Below, piece by piece: positions 7,803-15,911 of a DNA stretch of 64,000 bases. The notes beneath the pieces were generated by a model, which did not search any database, was not told the DNA's origin, and saw nothing but the letters and a program-made list of their open reading frames with translations. Numbering within the stretch: the stretch's first letter is position 1; the number at the start of each line of letters is the position of its first letter. Position numbers and translations under genes: made by a program. Source of the stretch: an uncultured Candidatus Saccharibacteria bacterium (GTDB taxonomy: Bacteria; Patescibacteriota; Minisyncoccia; UBA6257; 2-01-FULL-56-20); assembly GCA_964484655.1 (NCBI GenBank), contig CAZAFA010000001.1, positions 97,518 through 161,517 of the forward strand, given 5' to 3'.

Positions 7803-8798
7803 ATGAAGCTATCTATCGGCATCGTCGGCCTCCCGAACGTGGGCAAGTCCACGCTCTTCAAGGCGCTCACCAAACAGGACATCGTCGTCGCGAACTACCC
7901 CTTCGCCACCATCGACCCGAACGTCGGCATCGTGAGCGTTCCCGACGAGCGCCTGGACGCGCTCGCGGCGATGAGCCAGTCCAGGAAGAAGGTTCCCGCC
8001 ATCGTCGAGTTCTACGACATCGCGGGCCTCGTGAAGGGCGCGTCCGCAGGCGAGGGTCTCGGGAACCAGTTCCTGACCCACATCCGCGAGACGGACGCGG
8101 TCGCTTTCGTGCTGCGCGTCTTCCAGGACGACGGCATCCACCACGTGGAGGGCACCGTGGACCCGGTACGCGATCTCGAGGTCATCGAGACCGAGCTCAT
8201 GCTCAAGGATCTCGAGACGGTCACGAAGCGTCACGCCTCGCTCGAGAAGGAGGCGAAGGCAGGCCTGCCCGGCGCGCGCGAGCAGCTCGCCGCCCTCGAG
8301 AAGGCCAAGGAGGCGCTCGAGGCGGGGCAGTGGCTGACGGAGTTCTCCGGCGAGGAGGCGGTGCGCGGACTGCAGCTGCTCTCCGCGAAGCCGCGCCTGT
8401 TCGTGATCAACGGCACCGAGGACGAGATCCCCGACGCGCTGCGCGACGCGGTCGCCGCGCGCGGCGGCGAGATGGTCGTCCTCGACCTCGCGGGCGAGCC
8501 CGACCTCGCGCCCCTGATCCGGAACGCGTACCGCATGCTCGGCCTCGCGAGCTTCTTCACCACCGGCGAGGACGAGACGCGCGCGTGGACGATCCGCGCG
8601 GGAGCGCTCGCGCCCGAGGCGGCCGGCGCGATCCATTCCGACTTCCAGGCGAAGTTCATCCGCGCCGAGGTCGTCTCCGCGAAGGACCTCCTCGAGCAGG
8701 GGAGCTGGAGCAAGGCGAAGGGCAAGGGCCTCGTCCGCCTCGAGGGCAAGGAGTACGCGGTCCAGGACGGGGACGTCCTCGTCGTCCGGCACGGGTAG
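7803..8798 (+). CDS. ychF: Redox-regulated ATPase YchF (Obg-family GTPase/ATPase with TGS domain)
   Basis: G1 motif GIVGLPNVGKSTLF, NxxE-type specificity region and a C-terminal TGS domain (...GKEYAVQDGDVLVVRHG). Confidence 0.85.
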   Translation: MKLSIGIVGLPNVGKSTLFKALTKQDIVVANYPFATIDPNVGIVSVPDERLDALAAMSQSRKKVPAIVEFYDIAGLVKGASAGEGLGNQFLTHIRETDAVAFVLRVFQDDGIHHVEGTVDPVRDLEVIETELMLKDLETVTKRHASLEKEAKAGLPGAREQLAALEKAKEALEAGQWLTEFSGEEAVRGLQLLSAKPRLFVINGTEDEIPDALRDAVAARGGEMVVLDLAGEPDLAPLIRNAYRMLGLASFFTTGEDETRAWTIRAGALAPEAAGAIHSDFQAKFIRAEVVSAKDLLEQGSWSKAKGKGLVRLEGKEYAVQDGDVLVVRHG

Positions 8799-8827
8799 TT
8801 GACTTTCCCGTCAAACTGCGCTATAGT
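8799..8827 (+). promoter_or_regulatory. Strong sigma70-like promoter TTGACT-17-TATAGT directly after the ychF stop
   Basis: Near-consensus boxes. The -35 context TTGACTTTCCC is also found at 33150. No protein gene follows. Confidence 0.5.
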
Positions 8828-8833
8828 CCCATC

Positions 8834-8921
8834 CGGATGAGTGAAAGTGCATGTTATTAATGTGTCACTAGCTCCTCTGCTTGGCACCACGGCCCCCGCA
8901 AGGGGGCCGTGGTGTTCCTTT
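8834..8921 (+). ncRNA. Candidate small RNA (~90 nt) ending in a 13-bp GC hairpin with a GCAA loop
   Basis: Predicted TSS ~8834. The terminator-like hairpin CACCACGGCCCCC-gcaa-GGGGGCCGTGGTG is followed by TTCCTTT. The only ORF inside is 7 codons. Confidence 0.3.
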
Positions 8922-8942
8922 ACCCTCCCTTGAAACCGGTTC

Positions 8943-9093
8943 TGATATACTCGTGGAAGGTCTTTCGCAGGAGCGTTGCGAGCGGGTGTGATGCGAGCAC
9001 TCATCTACCACAAGCAGACGGAGGTCCACCCGTCACACTCGCTCGGAACGCTGCTGAAGGAGAACGCGCCGTCATGATGACGGCGCGTTCTCC
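8943..9093 (+). ncRNA. Second candidate structured RNA downstream of an extended -10 (TGaTATACT)
   Basis: Extended -10 at 8943-8951. A 13-bp long-range helix (8979-8991 with 9033-9045, one G.U pair) is followed by a perfect 35-nt palindrome GGAGAACGCGCCGTCATGATGACGGCGCGTTCTCC at 9059-9093. No plausible ORF. Confidence 0.3.
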
Positions 9094-9228
9094 GTTCCGA
9101 TGCGCGATGCGCGCGCGTGTATGACGCGATCATGCGCATCGCATGATCATGAAAAAAAGTTTTCGCGCATGTCGCGATGCAGTTATCCACACGTTCGCGC
9201 GCATGCCGTTTACTACAATTAGATACAA

Positions 9229-9243
9229 GAACGTGCAACGTTC
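9229..9243 (+). promoter_or_regulatory. Operator-like palindrome GAACGT-gca-ACGTTC upstream of the histone-like gene
   Basis: Perfect 6-bp inverted repeat with a 3-bp spacer, 55 nt upstream of the ATG at 9298. The region also carries repeated GCGCATG motifs and a 9-bp-stem hairpin at 9128-9148. Confidence 0.3.
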
Positions 9244-9297
9244 TCGTCGGATGCAATCCATAGTCGACAACCGACGTCACACACCACACTTGCTTCC

Positions 9298-9483
9298 ATG
9301 GCCAAGAAAGCAGCACGCAAGTCCACGAAGAAGACCGTGAAGCGGGCTTCGAAGAAGACTGTGAAGAAGGCGGCGAAGAAGACCGTGAAGAAGGCGGCGA
9401 AGAAGACCACGAAGAAGGCTTCCCGCAAGACCGCTAAGAAGTCCACGAAGAAGGCTTCGAAGAAGACGGCCCGCCGTCGCTAA
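9298..9483 (+). CDS. Histone H1-like Lys/Ala-rich DNA-binding protein (tandem KKTVKKAAK repeats)
   Basis: 61-aa protein made of KK(T/A)VKKA(A/S)KK repeats, encoded by tandem ~30-nt nucleotide repeats. It resembles bacterial H1-like/HupB C-terminal tails. Confidence 0.6.
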   Translation: MAKKAARKSTKKTVKRASKKTVKKAAKKTVKKAAKKTTKKASRKTAKKSTKKASKKTARRR

Positions 9484-9503
9484 GTACGACATTACCCACT
9501 TAC

Positions 9504-9531
9504 GCAAAGCCCCCGATTCCGGGGGCTTTGC
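9504..9531 (+). terminator. GC-rich terminator hairpin
   Basis: GCAAAGCCCCCG-attc-CGGGGGCTTTGC, a 12-bp stem 20 nt after the stop. No U-tract. Confidence 0.5.
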
Positions 9532-9570
9532 GCGTCTGCGGCCGGCCGACCGACCTGCTAGGATAGGGGT

Positions 9571-9903
9571 ATGAAGACCTCAATCCACTACGAGAACGTC
9601 GATCGCTCGCCGGCCCTGGAGGACCTCATACAGGGGAAGATGGCATCCGTGGCGACCATCCTCGCGGCCTACGACGCGGACGACGCCGTAGCCTGCAACG
9701 TGACGGTTGAGCGCGCCACCGGCCACCACCACGGCGACGTGTACGCCGTCCGCGCGACCGTCGAGGTGAACGGTACGGTCCTGACCGCCCATGCGACCGG
9801 CGACGACCCGTACAAGCTCGCCGACGAGGTGCGCGACACGCTCCACGGCGCCGTCCAGCGCTTCAAGGAGCAGGACGTTGCGCGCCGCCACGCCGAGGGC
9901 TAA
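9571..9903 (+). CDS. hpf: Ribosome hibernation promoting factor / RaiA family (short form)
   Basis: 110 aa. N-terminal ...IHYENVDRSPALEDLIQGKM and C-terminal DDPYKLADEVRDTLHGAVQRFKE match the HPF/YfiA beta-alpha-beta fold family. TGcTAGGAT sits 6 nt upstream of the ATG. Confidence 0.65.
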   Translation: MKTSIHYENVDRSPALEDLIQGKMASVATILAAYDADDAVACNVTVERATGHHHGDVYAVRATVEVNGTVLTAHATGDDPYKLADEVRDTLHGAVQRFKEQDVARRHAEG

Positions 9904-9926
9904 GCTCACGCGGCACATCTCCTCAC

Positions 9927-12506
9927 GTGATACGGATCATCCGCAATATTTTCGACCGCAAGGCGCTCGCCGGCTACCGGAAGCGCCTGGTGCCGATCGC
10001 AGACCTCGAGCCCGAGCTCCAGGAGCTCGCCGACGCGGCGATCACCGAGCGCAGCCTCGCGCTCCGCGACAAGCTCCGGTCCGGGGCCCTGTCCGTCGAC
10101 GAGGCCATGCCGGAAGCGTTCGCGCTCGCCCGCGAGGCGGCCCGGCGCACGCTCGGGCAGCGCCCGTACGACGTCCAGCTCATCGGCGGCATCGTGCTCT
10201 ATGAAGGAGGGATCGCCGAGATGGGAACCGGAGAGGGAAAGACCCTCGCGGGCGTGGCCCCGGCCTACCTGCATGCCCTGACCGGGCGCGGCGTCCACAT
10301 GGTCACGGTCAACGAGTACCTGGCCCGCCGCGACGCCGTCTGGATGGGCCAGATCTACCGCCTGCTGGGCCTCTCGGTCGCGTGCCTCGTCCCCGAGGCG
10401 GCCTTCGTCTACGACGCGGACTTCAAGGGCGAGGAGAACGCCGAAGAGGACCGCGACGAGACGGGCGGCTTCAAGGTGCACCAGGAGTTCCTGCGCCCGG
10501 TCTCGCGCCGCGAGGCCTACCTCGCCGACGTGACCTACGGCACGAACCACGAGTTCGGCTTCGACCATCTCCGGGACAACCTCCAGTACCGCGCCGAGAT
10601 GCAGGTCCAGCGCCCGCACTACTTCGCGATCATCGACGAGGCTGACAGCATCCTCATCGACGAGGCGCGCACCCCGATGATCATCTCCGCGCCGGACCGG
10701 GAGAGCAGCGAGATGTATCGCACCTTCGCGAGCATCGCGCGCCGCCTGCAGCGCGACACGCACTACGAGGTCGACGAGAAGTACAAGGCGGTCACCATGA
10801 TGCCGGAGGGCATCGAGGAGGTGGAGCGCATCCTCGGCATCGCGAACCTCTACGCGCCGGAGAACGTCCGCCTCGTCCGCTACCTCGACGAGGCGCTCAA
10901 GGCGGAGTCCCTCTTCATCAAGGATCGCGAGTACGTCGTCCGCGAGGGCGAGATCCTCATCGTGGACGAGTTCACGGGCCGCATCCTCGCCGGGCGCCGC
11001 TACAGCGGGGGACTGCACCAGGCCATCGAGGCCAAGGAGGGCGTGAAGGTGAAGGAGGAGAGCCGCACGTACGCGAAGATCTCCGTCCAGAACTACTTCC
11101 GCCTCTACGAGCGGATCTCCGGCATGACCGGCACCGCCGAGACCTCCGCCGAGGAATTCCACAAGGTGTACGGCCTGCCCGTCGTCTCCGTGCCGCCGCA
11201 CCGCCCGGTGGTGCGCCAGGACCTGCCGGACCTCGTCTACAAGAGCCGCGAGATCAAGTACCGCGCCATCGCGGCGGACGTGAAGGAGCGGCACGAGAAG
11301 GGCCAGCCGGTCCTCATCGGCACGACCTCGATCGAGAAGAACGAGGAGCTCTCCGCGTATCTCGATCGCGCCGGCATCCCGCACAGCCTCCTCAACGCCA
11401 AGAACAACGAGAAGGAGGGTGCGACGATCGCGCAGGCCGGCCGCAAGGGCGCCGTCACCGTCGCCACGAACATGGCCGGCCGCGGCGTCGACATCATCCT
11501 GGGCGGCAACCCGTCCACGAAGGAGGAGGGGGACGAGGTCCGCGCGCTCGGCGGCCTGCATGTGATCGGCACGGAGCGGCACGACTCGCGCCGCGTGGAC
11601 AACCAGCTCCGCGGCCGCGCCGGACGCCAGGGCGACCCGGGATCCTCGCAGTTCTTCCTCTCCCTCGACGACGACCTCATGCGCATCTTCGGCGGGGACC
11701 GCATCAAGGGCCTCATGGAGCGGTTCAACCTCCCCGAGGACGAGCCGATCCAGATGGCCATGGTCACGCGCGCCATCGCGGAGGCCCAGTCGAAGGTCGA
11801 GGGGTACCACTTCGACAGCCGCAAGCGCGTCATGGAGTACGACGACGTGCTCAACAAGCAGCGCGCGGCCGTCTACGCGAAGCGCCAGCAGCTGGTCGAC
11901 TCGCGCACCGGCGAGGACGTCGCGCGCGAGGTCGGCGAGGCGGCCCGCGCCTTCCTCGACCGGGTCCTCGGCAAGGACGGCGTGGTGCCGGACGGCAGCG
12001 AGCCGCTTGCCGAGCTCCAGAAGCTCTTCGCCGAGGCGGGCATCACCGACGCGGAGCATCCATGGCCGGAAGGGCACGTCGACGTGGCGCACCTGCAGGA
12101 CCTCATCGACCACCGCAGCGCCCACGCCGCGACCGATCCGCAGACCCTCGGCCGCCTGCTCGGCATCCTCGACCAGCTCTGGATGACCCACCTCGAGGAT
12201 CTCGAGGACCTGGATCAGAACGTGCGCCTGCGCGGCTACGCCCAGCGCGACCCGCTCGTCGAGTTCCGGCGCGAGGCTTCCGAGTACTACGAGCGCATGT
12301 GGAGCAACTACGAGGAGTGGGTCTTCATGAACGCCATCCGCCTCGCGCAGCCCGGCGATCCCGCCGCTGCGTTCGAGCTCCCGCAGCAGAACGCGCCGAA
12401 GGCCGCCGAGCTCGACGACCCGAAGTTCCAGAACGTCGGCCGCAACGATCCCTGTCCGTGCGGCAGCGGCAAGAAGTTCAAGAAGTGCCATGGCGCAGGA
12501 CTCTAG
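9927..12506 (+). CDS. secA: Preprotein translocase ATPase SecA
   Basis: 859 aa with DEAD-like motor motifs, Walker A MGTGEGKTL, and a C-terminal zinc finger CPCGSGKKFKKCHG. GTG start. Confidence 0.95.
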   Translation: MIRIIRNIFDRKALAGYRKRLVPIADLEPELQELADAAITERSLALRDKLRSGALSVDEAMPEAFALAREAARRTLGQRPYDVQLIGGIVLYEGGIAEMGTGEGKTLAGVAPAYLHALTGRGVHMVTVNEYLARRDAVWMGQIYRLLGLSVACLVPEAAFVYDADFKGEENAEEDRDETGGFKVHQEFLRPVSRREAYLADVTYGTNHEFGFDHLRDNLQYRAEMQVQRPHYFAIIDEADSILIDEARTPMIISAPDRESSEMYRTFASIARRLQRDTHYEVDEKYKAVTMMPEGIEEVERILGIANLYAPENVRLVRYLDEALKAESLFIKDREYVVREGEILIVDEFTGRILAGRRYSGGLHQAIEAKEGVKVKEESRTYAKISVQNYFRLYERISGMTGTAETSAEEFHKVYGLPVVSVPPHRPVVRQDLPDLVYKSREIKYRAIAADVKERHEKGQPVLIGTTSIEKNEELSAYLDRAGIPHSLLNAKNNEKEGATIAQAGRKGAVTVATNMAGRGVDIILGGNPSTKEEGDEVRALGGLHVIGTERHDSRRVDNQLRGRAGRQGDPGSSQFFLSLDDDLMRIFGGDRIKGLMERFNLPEDEPIQMAMVTRAIAEAQSKVEGYHFDSRKRVMEYDDVLNKQRAAVYAKRQQLVDSRTGEDVAREVGEAARAFLDRVLGKDGVVPDGSEPLAELQKLFAEAGITDAEHPWPEGHVDVAHLQDLIDHRSAHAATDPQTLGRLLGILDQLWMTHLEDLEDLDQNVRLRGYAQRDPLVEFRREASEYYERMWSNYEEWVFMNAIRLAQPGDPAAAFELPQQNAPKAAELDDPKFQNVGRNDPCPCGSGKKFKKCHGAGL

Positions 12507-13002
12507 GCCGCTCCTGATCGCGACCATCGGCTGCCCGGGCTCAGGCAAGAGCTACCTCTCCGCCCTGCTCGCAGCCGACCTGCGCGCCGCGCACCTGCGC
12601 AGCGACGACTTCCGCTTCTGGCTCTTCGAGGAGCCGACGTTCTCGTCAGAGGAGCATGCAGCCGTGTTCGGGCTCATGGACAACATCGCCGAGAAGCTCC
12701 TCTCGACCGGCGTGTCCGTGGTCTACGACGCCAACTTCAACTTCAAGCGCCATCGCGACGCCGCCCGGCGCCTCGCGGAGCGGTACGGGGCGCAGTTCGT
12801 GCTCCTGTACGTCGACACGCCGCTCGAGGTAGCGATCGAGCGCGCGGCGAACCGTGCCACGCACCAGCTTACGCGCGAAACGGTGGAGCAGATGAGCGCG
12901 GAGATCGAGTCATTCCACGACGAGGGCGCGATCCACGTCGACGGAACCCTCTCGTACGAGGACCAGCGCGACGAGCTCCTCGCGCGCATCGACCGGGGTT
13001 AG
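12490..13002 (+). CDS. P-loop kinase-like ATPase (AAA_33/zeta-toxin-like fold)
   Basis: N-terminal Walker A GCPGSGKS, at 170 aa typical of small nucleotide/polynucleotide kinase-like proteins. Overlaps the secA end by 17 nt. Confidence 0.55.
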   Translation: MAQDSRPLLIATIGCPGSGKSYLSALLAADLRAAHLRSDDFRFWLFEEPTFSSEEHAAVFGLMDNIAEKLLSTGVSVVYDANFNFKRHRDAARRLAERYGAQFVLLYVDTPLEVAIERAANRATHQLTRETVEQMSAEIESFHDEGAIHVDGTLSYEDQRDELLARIDRG

Positions 13003-13003
13003 G

Positions 13004-13477
13004 ATGCCGGACATCCACGAGCGCATGGCCGAGATCGCCGAGGGGATCTTCGGCACCGAGGCCGATCCGGACCAGATCCCGATCACCGACGAGTCCCGGG
13101 CCAAGCTCGATACGCTCACGCCGCACTGGTTCCGCCACCGCCTCGACGAGAGCGGGGAGCCGATCGCCTGGGTCGTGGTGGTGCCGACGGACCGCGACCT
13201 CGCGGAAGCCTTCCTGCGGGGCGAGATCCCCGAGCGCGCGCTCCTCGACCGCGCGGAGCCGCGGGAGCGCTATGACGCGCTCTACCTGTGCGCGGCGATC
13301 ACCGTTCCCGGTCACCGGCGCAAGGGACTCGCCACGACGCTCTTCCAGGAGGCGTTGGAGGCTATCCCGCATACGGAGGACTGCCTCCTCTTCACCTGGC
13401 TCTACAGCGAGGACGGCCGGACCGCGTTCGCGTCCGCCGAGCGCAAGCTCGGGCGGCCCATCCGCGCCCGTACCTGA
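13004..13477 (+). CDS. GNAT-family acetyltransferase-like protein
   Basis: Motif-A-like segment AAITVPGHRRKGLATTLFQEAL (R-x-x-G-x-A acetyl-CoA loop) at ~157 aa. Confidence 0.45.
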   Translation: MPDIHERMAEIAEGIFGTEADPDQIPITDESRAKLDTLTPHWFRHRLDESGEPIAWVVVVPTDRDLAEAFLRGEIPERALLDRAEPRERYDALYLCAAITVPGHRRKGLATTLFQEALEAIPHTEDCLLFTWLYSEDGRTAFASAERKLGRPIRART

Positions 13478-13480
13478 CCC

Positions 13481-13990
13481 ATGCGCGTCTTCGTCGCCCT
13501 CGCCCTCCCGCCCGAGCTCGTCGCGGCAGTCTTGCGCTACCAGGAGCTCCTCAAGGATGTCCCCGGCGTGCGTCTCCTCGACGCAGAGGGCCTGCACGCG
13601 ACGGTCATACCGCCGTGGGACGAGCGCGATCCCGATGCGGTGCTGCGCGACTTCGCCGCGATCGACAGCGGTCCGCTGACGCTCCGATTCGACCAGGCGT
13701 CCGTCCGTACCGACCCCGGCAAGCCGGGCCTCGGCGGCCTCCTCTGGCTGGGCGCGACCGCGACGCCCGAGACGCGCAGCCTCTGGCTGCAGGCCTGGCG
13801 TGCGCTCATGAGCCAGGACCCGCCGCGCCCGCCGCTGCCGCACGCGACGGTGGCGCGCTTCCCGCACGACGCGGCGCTGCCGGAGCTGACGCCGCTCGAG
13901 CCGCTGACCGTCGCGCTCGACCGGCTGTGCCTGTACGAGAGTCAGGGCGACCTCCGCTACCGCGTCGTCGGCGAGCGGCGCCTCGGCTAG
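13481..13990 (+). CDS. thpR: RNA 2',3'-cyclic phosphodiesterase (2H phosphoesterase, LigT/ThpR)
   Basis: Two H-x-T-x motifs (LHATVIP and PHATVARF) at LigT-typical spacing. Confidence 0.7.
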   Translation: MRVFVALALPPELVAAVLRYQELLKDVPGVRLLDAEGLHATVIPPWDERDPDAVLRDFAAIDSGPLTLRFDQASVRTDPGKPGLGGLLWLGATATPETRSLWLQAWRALMSQDPPRPPLPHATVARFPHDAALPELTPLEPLTVALDRLCLYESQGDLRYRVVGERRLG

Positions 13991-14007
13991 TTTATGGAGC
14001 CTTTATC
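13991..14007 (+). promoter_or_regulatory. Direct repeat TTTATG-N5-TTTATC, second copy of the putative response-regulator box
   Basis: Same half-sites and 11-bp periodicity as 961-977. The following 25 nt also closely match the HK upstream sequence. Confidence 0.45.
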
Positions 14008-14028
14008 TCCGAGGAGTACGATGTGCGC

Positions 14029-14700
14029 ATGCGCATCCTTCTGGTAGAGGACGAGCCGAGCATCGCGGCGTACCTTGCCAAGCGCCTCGAGGAACAGAGC
14101 TTCGTCGTCGACCGCGCTGAGGACGGCGCAGAGGGCTCCTTCCTCGGGCGCACGAACGAGTACGATCTCGTCATCCTCGACAACCTGCTCCCCAAGAAGC
14201 TCGGCATAGACGTGGTGCGCGACCTGCGCAGCCGCGGCAAGACGATGCCGATCCTCATGCTGTCGGTCCGGGGCGACGTCGAGACGAAGGTCGAGCTCCT
14301 CAACGCAGGCGCCGACGATTACCTCGCCAAGCCCTTCTCCTTCGACGAGCTGCTGGCGCGCATCGGCGCGCTGCTCAGGCGGCCGCCGCACGTGACCAAG
14401 CCCGTGCTCAAGGTCGCCGACCTCATGCTCAACGAGGCGACGCACGAGGTCCGCCGCGGCGGGAAGGAGATAAGCCTGACGCGCAAGGAGTTCTCGCTGC
14501 TGCGCTACCTGATGCGCAACGCCTCGGTCGTGCTCTCGCGCGGCCTGCTGCTCGAGCACGTCTGGAATATCGACATGGACCCGTTCTCGAACACGGTGGA
14601 AGCGCACATCGCGAGCCTGCGCCGCAAGGTGGACGCGCCGTTCGGCAAGAAGCTCATCAAGACGGTCCTCGGCAGGGGATACAAGATATCCGCGCGTTGA
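14029..14700 (+). CDS. OmpR/PhoB-family response regulator (REC plus winged-helix)
   Basis: MRILLVEDEP...DLVILD...K, then a C-terminal trans_reg_C with RRGGKEISLTRKEFSLLRYL and GRGYKI. An alternative GTG start at 14023 has better spacing to the GAGGAG at 14011-14016. Confidence 0.85.
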   Translation: MRILLVEDEPSIAAYLAKRLEEQSFVVDRAEDGAEGSFLGRTNEYDLVILDNLLPKKLGIDVVRDLRSRGKTMPILMLSVRGDVETKVELLNAGADDYLAKPFSFDELLARIGALLRRPPHVTKPVLKVADLMLNEATHEVRRGGKEISLTRKEFSLLRYLMRNASVVLSRGLLLEHVWNIDMDPFSNTVEAHIASLRRKVDAPFGKKLIKTVLGRGYKISAR

Positions 14701-15224
14701 AGTCCCTACCACAGCTACTAGCACCGCGAGAACGGACGTTCTGCTCGATCGACTTCGGCAACGTCAATCGCTGGTTCGTCCGCGACGGACTTGAGATTGA
14801 CTTAGCCGGTCTCGCCGCCTGCGCTTCATCGCTCGCTGCTCGCACGAATTTCTATTACGGGCATGATGCGCAGAAGCCGGGATCGCTGGCATTCCTTAGC
14901 CAGACGCGCTTGCATTTCGGACGTTCTCGCGTCATCACGAAGCCGATCCAGAAGATAGCCACTGCCTCCGGCCAGCCGATTCTCAAGGCGAACTTCGATG
15001 TCGAGATAGCTGTCGATGCGATGAGGCTCATGGAGCATTATGATGCTTTCGTACTCTTATCCGGCGATGCCGATTTCGCCTACCTGCTCAAGAGGCTGCG
15101 CGAGGCAGGAAAGAAGACGATTCTGATCAGGAAGGGATACATCGCGTATGCCTTGCGTGATGCCGCAGATCTCGTCCTTGATGCTGCTGACTTCGCAGAA
15201 TCCATAACTAGACCGCCCCGCTGA
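14697..15224 (+). CDS. NYN-domain protein (LabA-like predicted RNase)
   Basis: DVEIAVDAMRL...DAFVLLSGDADFAYLLKRLREAGKKT matches the NYN/PIN-like acidic core. Confidence 0.7.
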   Translation: MKSLPQLLAPRERTFCSIDFGNVNRWFVRDGLEIDLAGLAACASSLAARTNFYYGHDAQKPGSLAFLSQTRLHFGRSRVITKPIQKIATASGQPILKANFDVEIAVDAMRLMEHYDAFVLLSGDADFAYLLKRLREAGKKTILIRKGYIAYALRDAADLVLDAADFAESITRPPR

Positions 15225-15237
15225 TGCGGGGCGGTCT
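15210..15237. terminator. Bidirectional GC hairpin between the convergent NYN gene and recR
   Basis: AGACCGCCCCGC-tgat-GCGGGGCGGTCT, a 12-bp stem. The NYN stop codon lies in the loop. Confidence 0.5.
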
Positions 15238-15314
15238 GGAGAGCAGGTCCGCTATCGCGGACGCCTCGTTTTCACGAGCATCCTCATCATAGCGTCATCC
15301 GAGCCGCTTTTCAA

Positions 15315-15911
15315 CTAGTGCCGGTTGTCGAGCGAGTAGCCGAGCGTGTCCTCGTCGGCGAACTCGATCTCGCCGCCGCGCGGCAGGCCTCTCCCGAGCT
15401 GAGTCACCTTGCGCGCCGAAGGCGCGAGCGATCGCGATACCGCTTCCGCGAGCACCGTGCCCGCGGGGGACGCGGGAAGGCCGAGGATCAGCTCGTCGAG
15501 GCCGCCTGACGCGGCTACGCGCGCCGCGAGCGCGCCGAGGCGCTCCTGCTGGGCAGGGGAGAGCGCGCCGCCGCGCGGGAGCGTCCCCACGATGAAGTAG
15601 CGCCCAGCGTACCGGCCGGTTTTCTCCATAGAGAGGAGGTCCGTCTCCTTTTCGACCGCCATGAGGATCCTCGGCGAGCGCTGCGGGTCGCTGCAGATCT
15701 CGCAGCGCTCGCTCTCGCCCTCGTGCGGGAAGCCGCAGTCCGCGCAACGGGTGACGCGCGGGAGCGCGCCGAGGGCCTGGACGAGGCGCTCCTGCTCGGC
15801 GGCCGGCATGCCGGAGACGTGCACCGCGAGGCGGATCGCCTGGCGCGGGCCGATGGACGGCAGCTTCGCGAGGGCCTCCGCCAGGTGACGGAGCGTGGGC
15901 GGCAGGCGCAT
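15315..15911 (-). CDS. recR: Recombination protein RecR
   Basis: N-terminal HhH (LPSIGPRQAIRLA), C4 zinc finger (C..C...C..C) and Toprim domain. Confidence 0.85.
   Translation of the reverse strand: MRLPPTLRHLAEALAKLPSIGPRQAIRLAVHVSGMPAAEQERLVQALGALPRVTRCADCGFPHEGESERCEICSDPQRSPRILMAVEKETDLLSMEKTGRYAGRYFIVGTLPRGGALSPAQQERLGALAARVAASGGLDELILGLPASPAGTVLAEAVSRSLAPSARKVTQLGRGLPRGGEIEFADEDTLGYSLDNRH

Noticed and set aside
8830-9100. Identification of the noncoding region as RNase P RNA, tmRNA or SRP RNA
   Set aside because: None of the universally conserved motifs (GGAAAGUCCGG/ACAGAAACCCGG for rnpB, the tRNA-like 3' end GGUUCGAUUCC...CCA or the tag ORF for ssrA, GGAAGCAGCCAAGG for ffs) could be found by eye on either strand. 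Left as an unknown structured RNA candidate.
9298-9483. Tandem 30-nt nucleotide repeats as a possible CRISPR array or satellite
   Set aside because: The repeats are in-frame coding repeats of a Lys/Ala-rich protein with no spacers. It is not CRISPR.
9906-12548. 880-aa ORF antisense to secA, plus other long antisense or alternate-frame ORFs (7760-8860, 20364-21236, 21230-22687, 33213-36815, 37388-40000, 57085-58761, 62778-63968)
   Set aside because: All overlap strongly supported genes on the other strand or frame and have Arg/Ala/Gly-rich junk composition. They are stop-codon-poor artefacts of ~68% GC.
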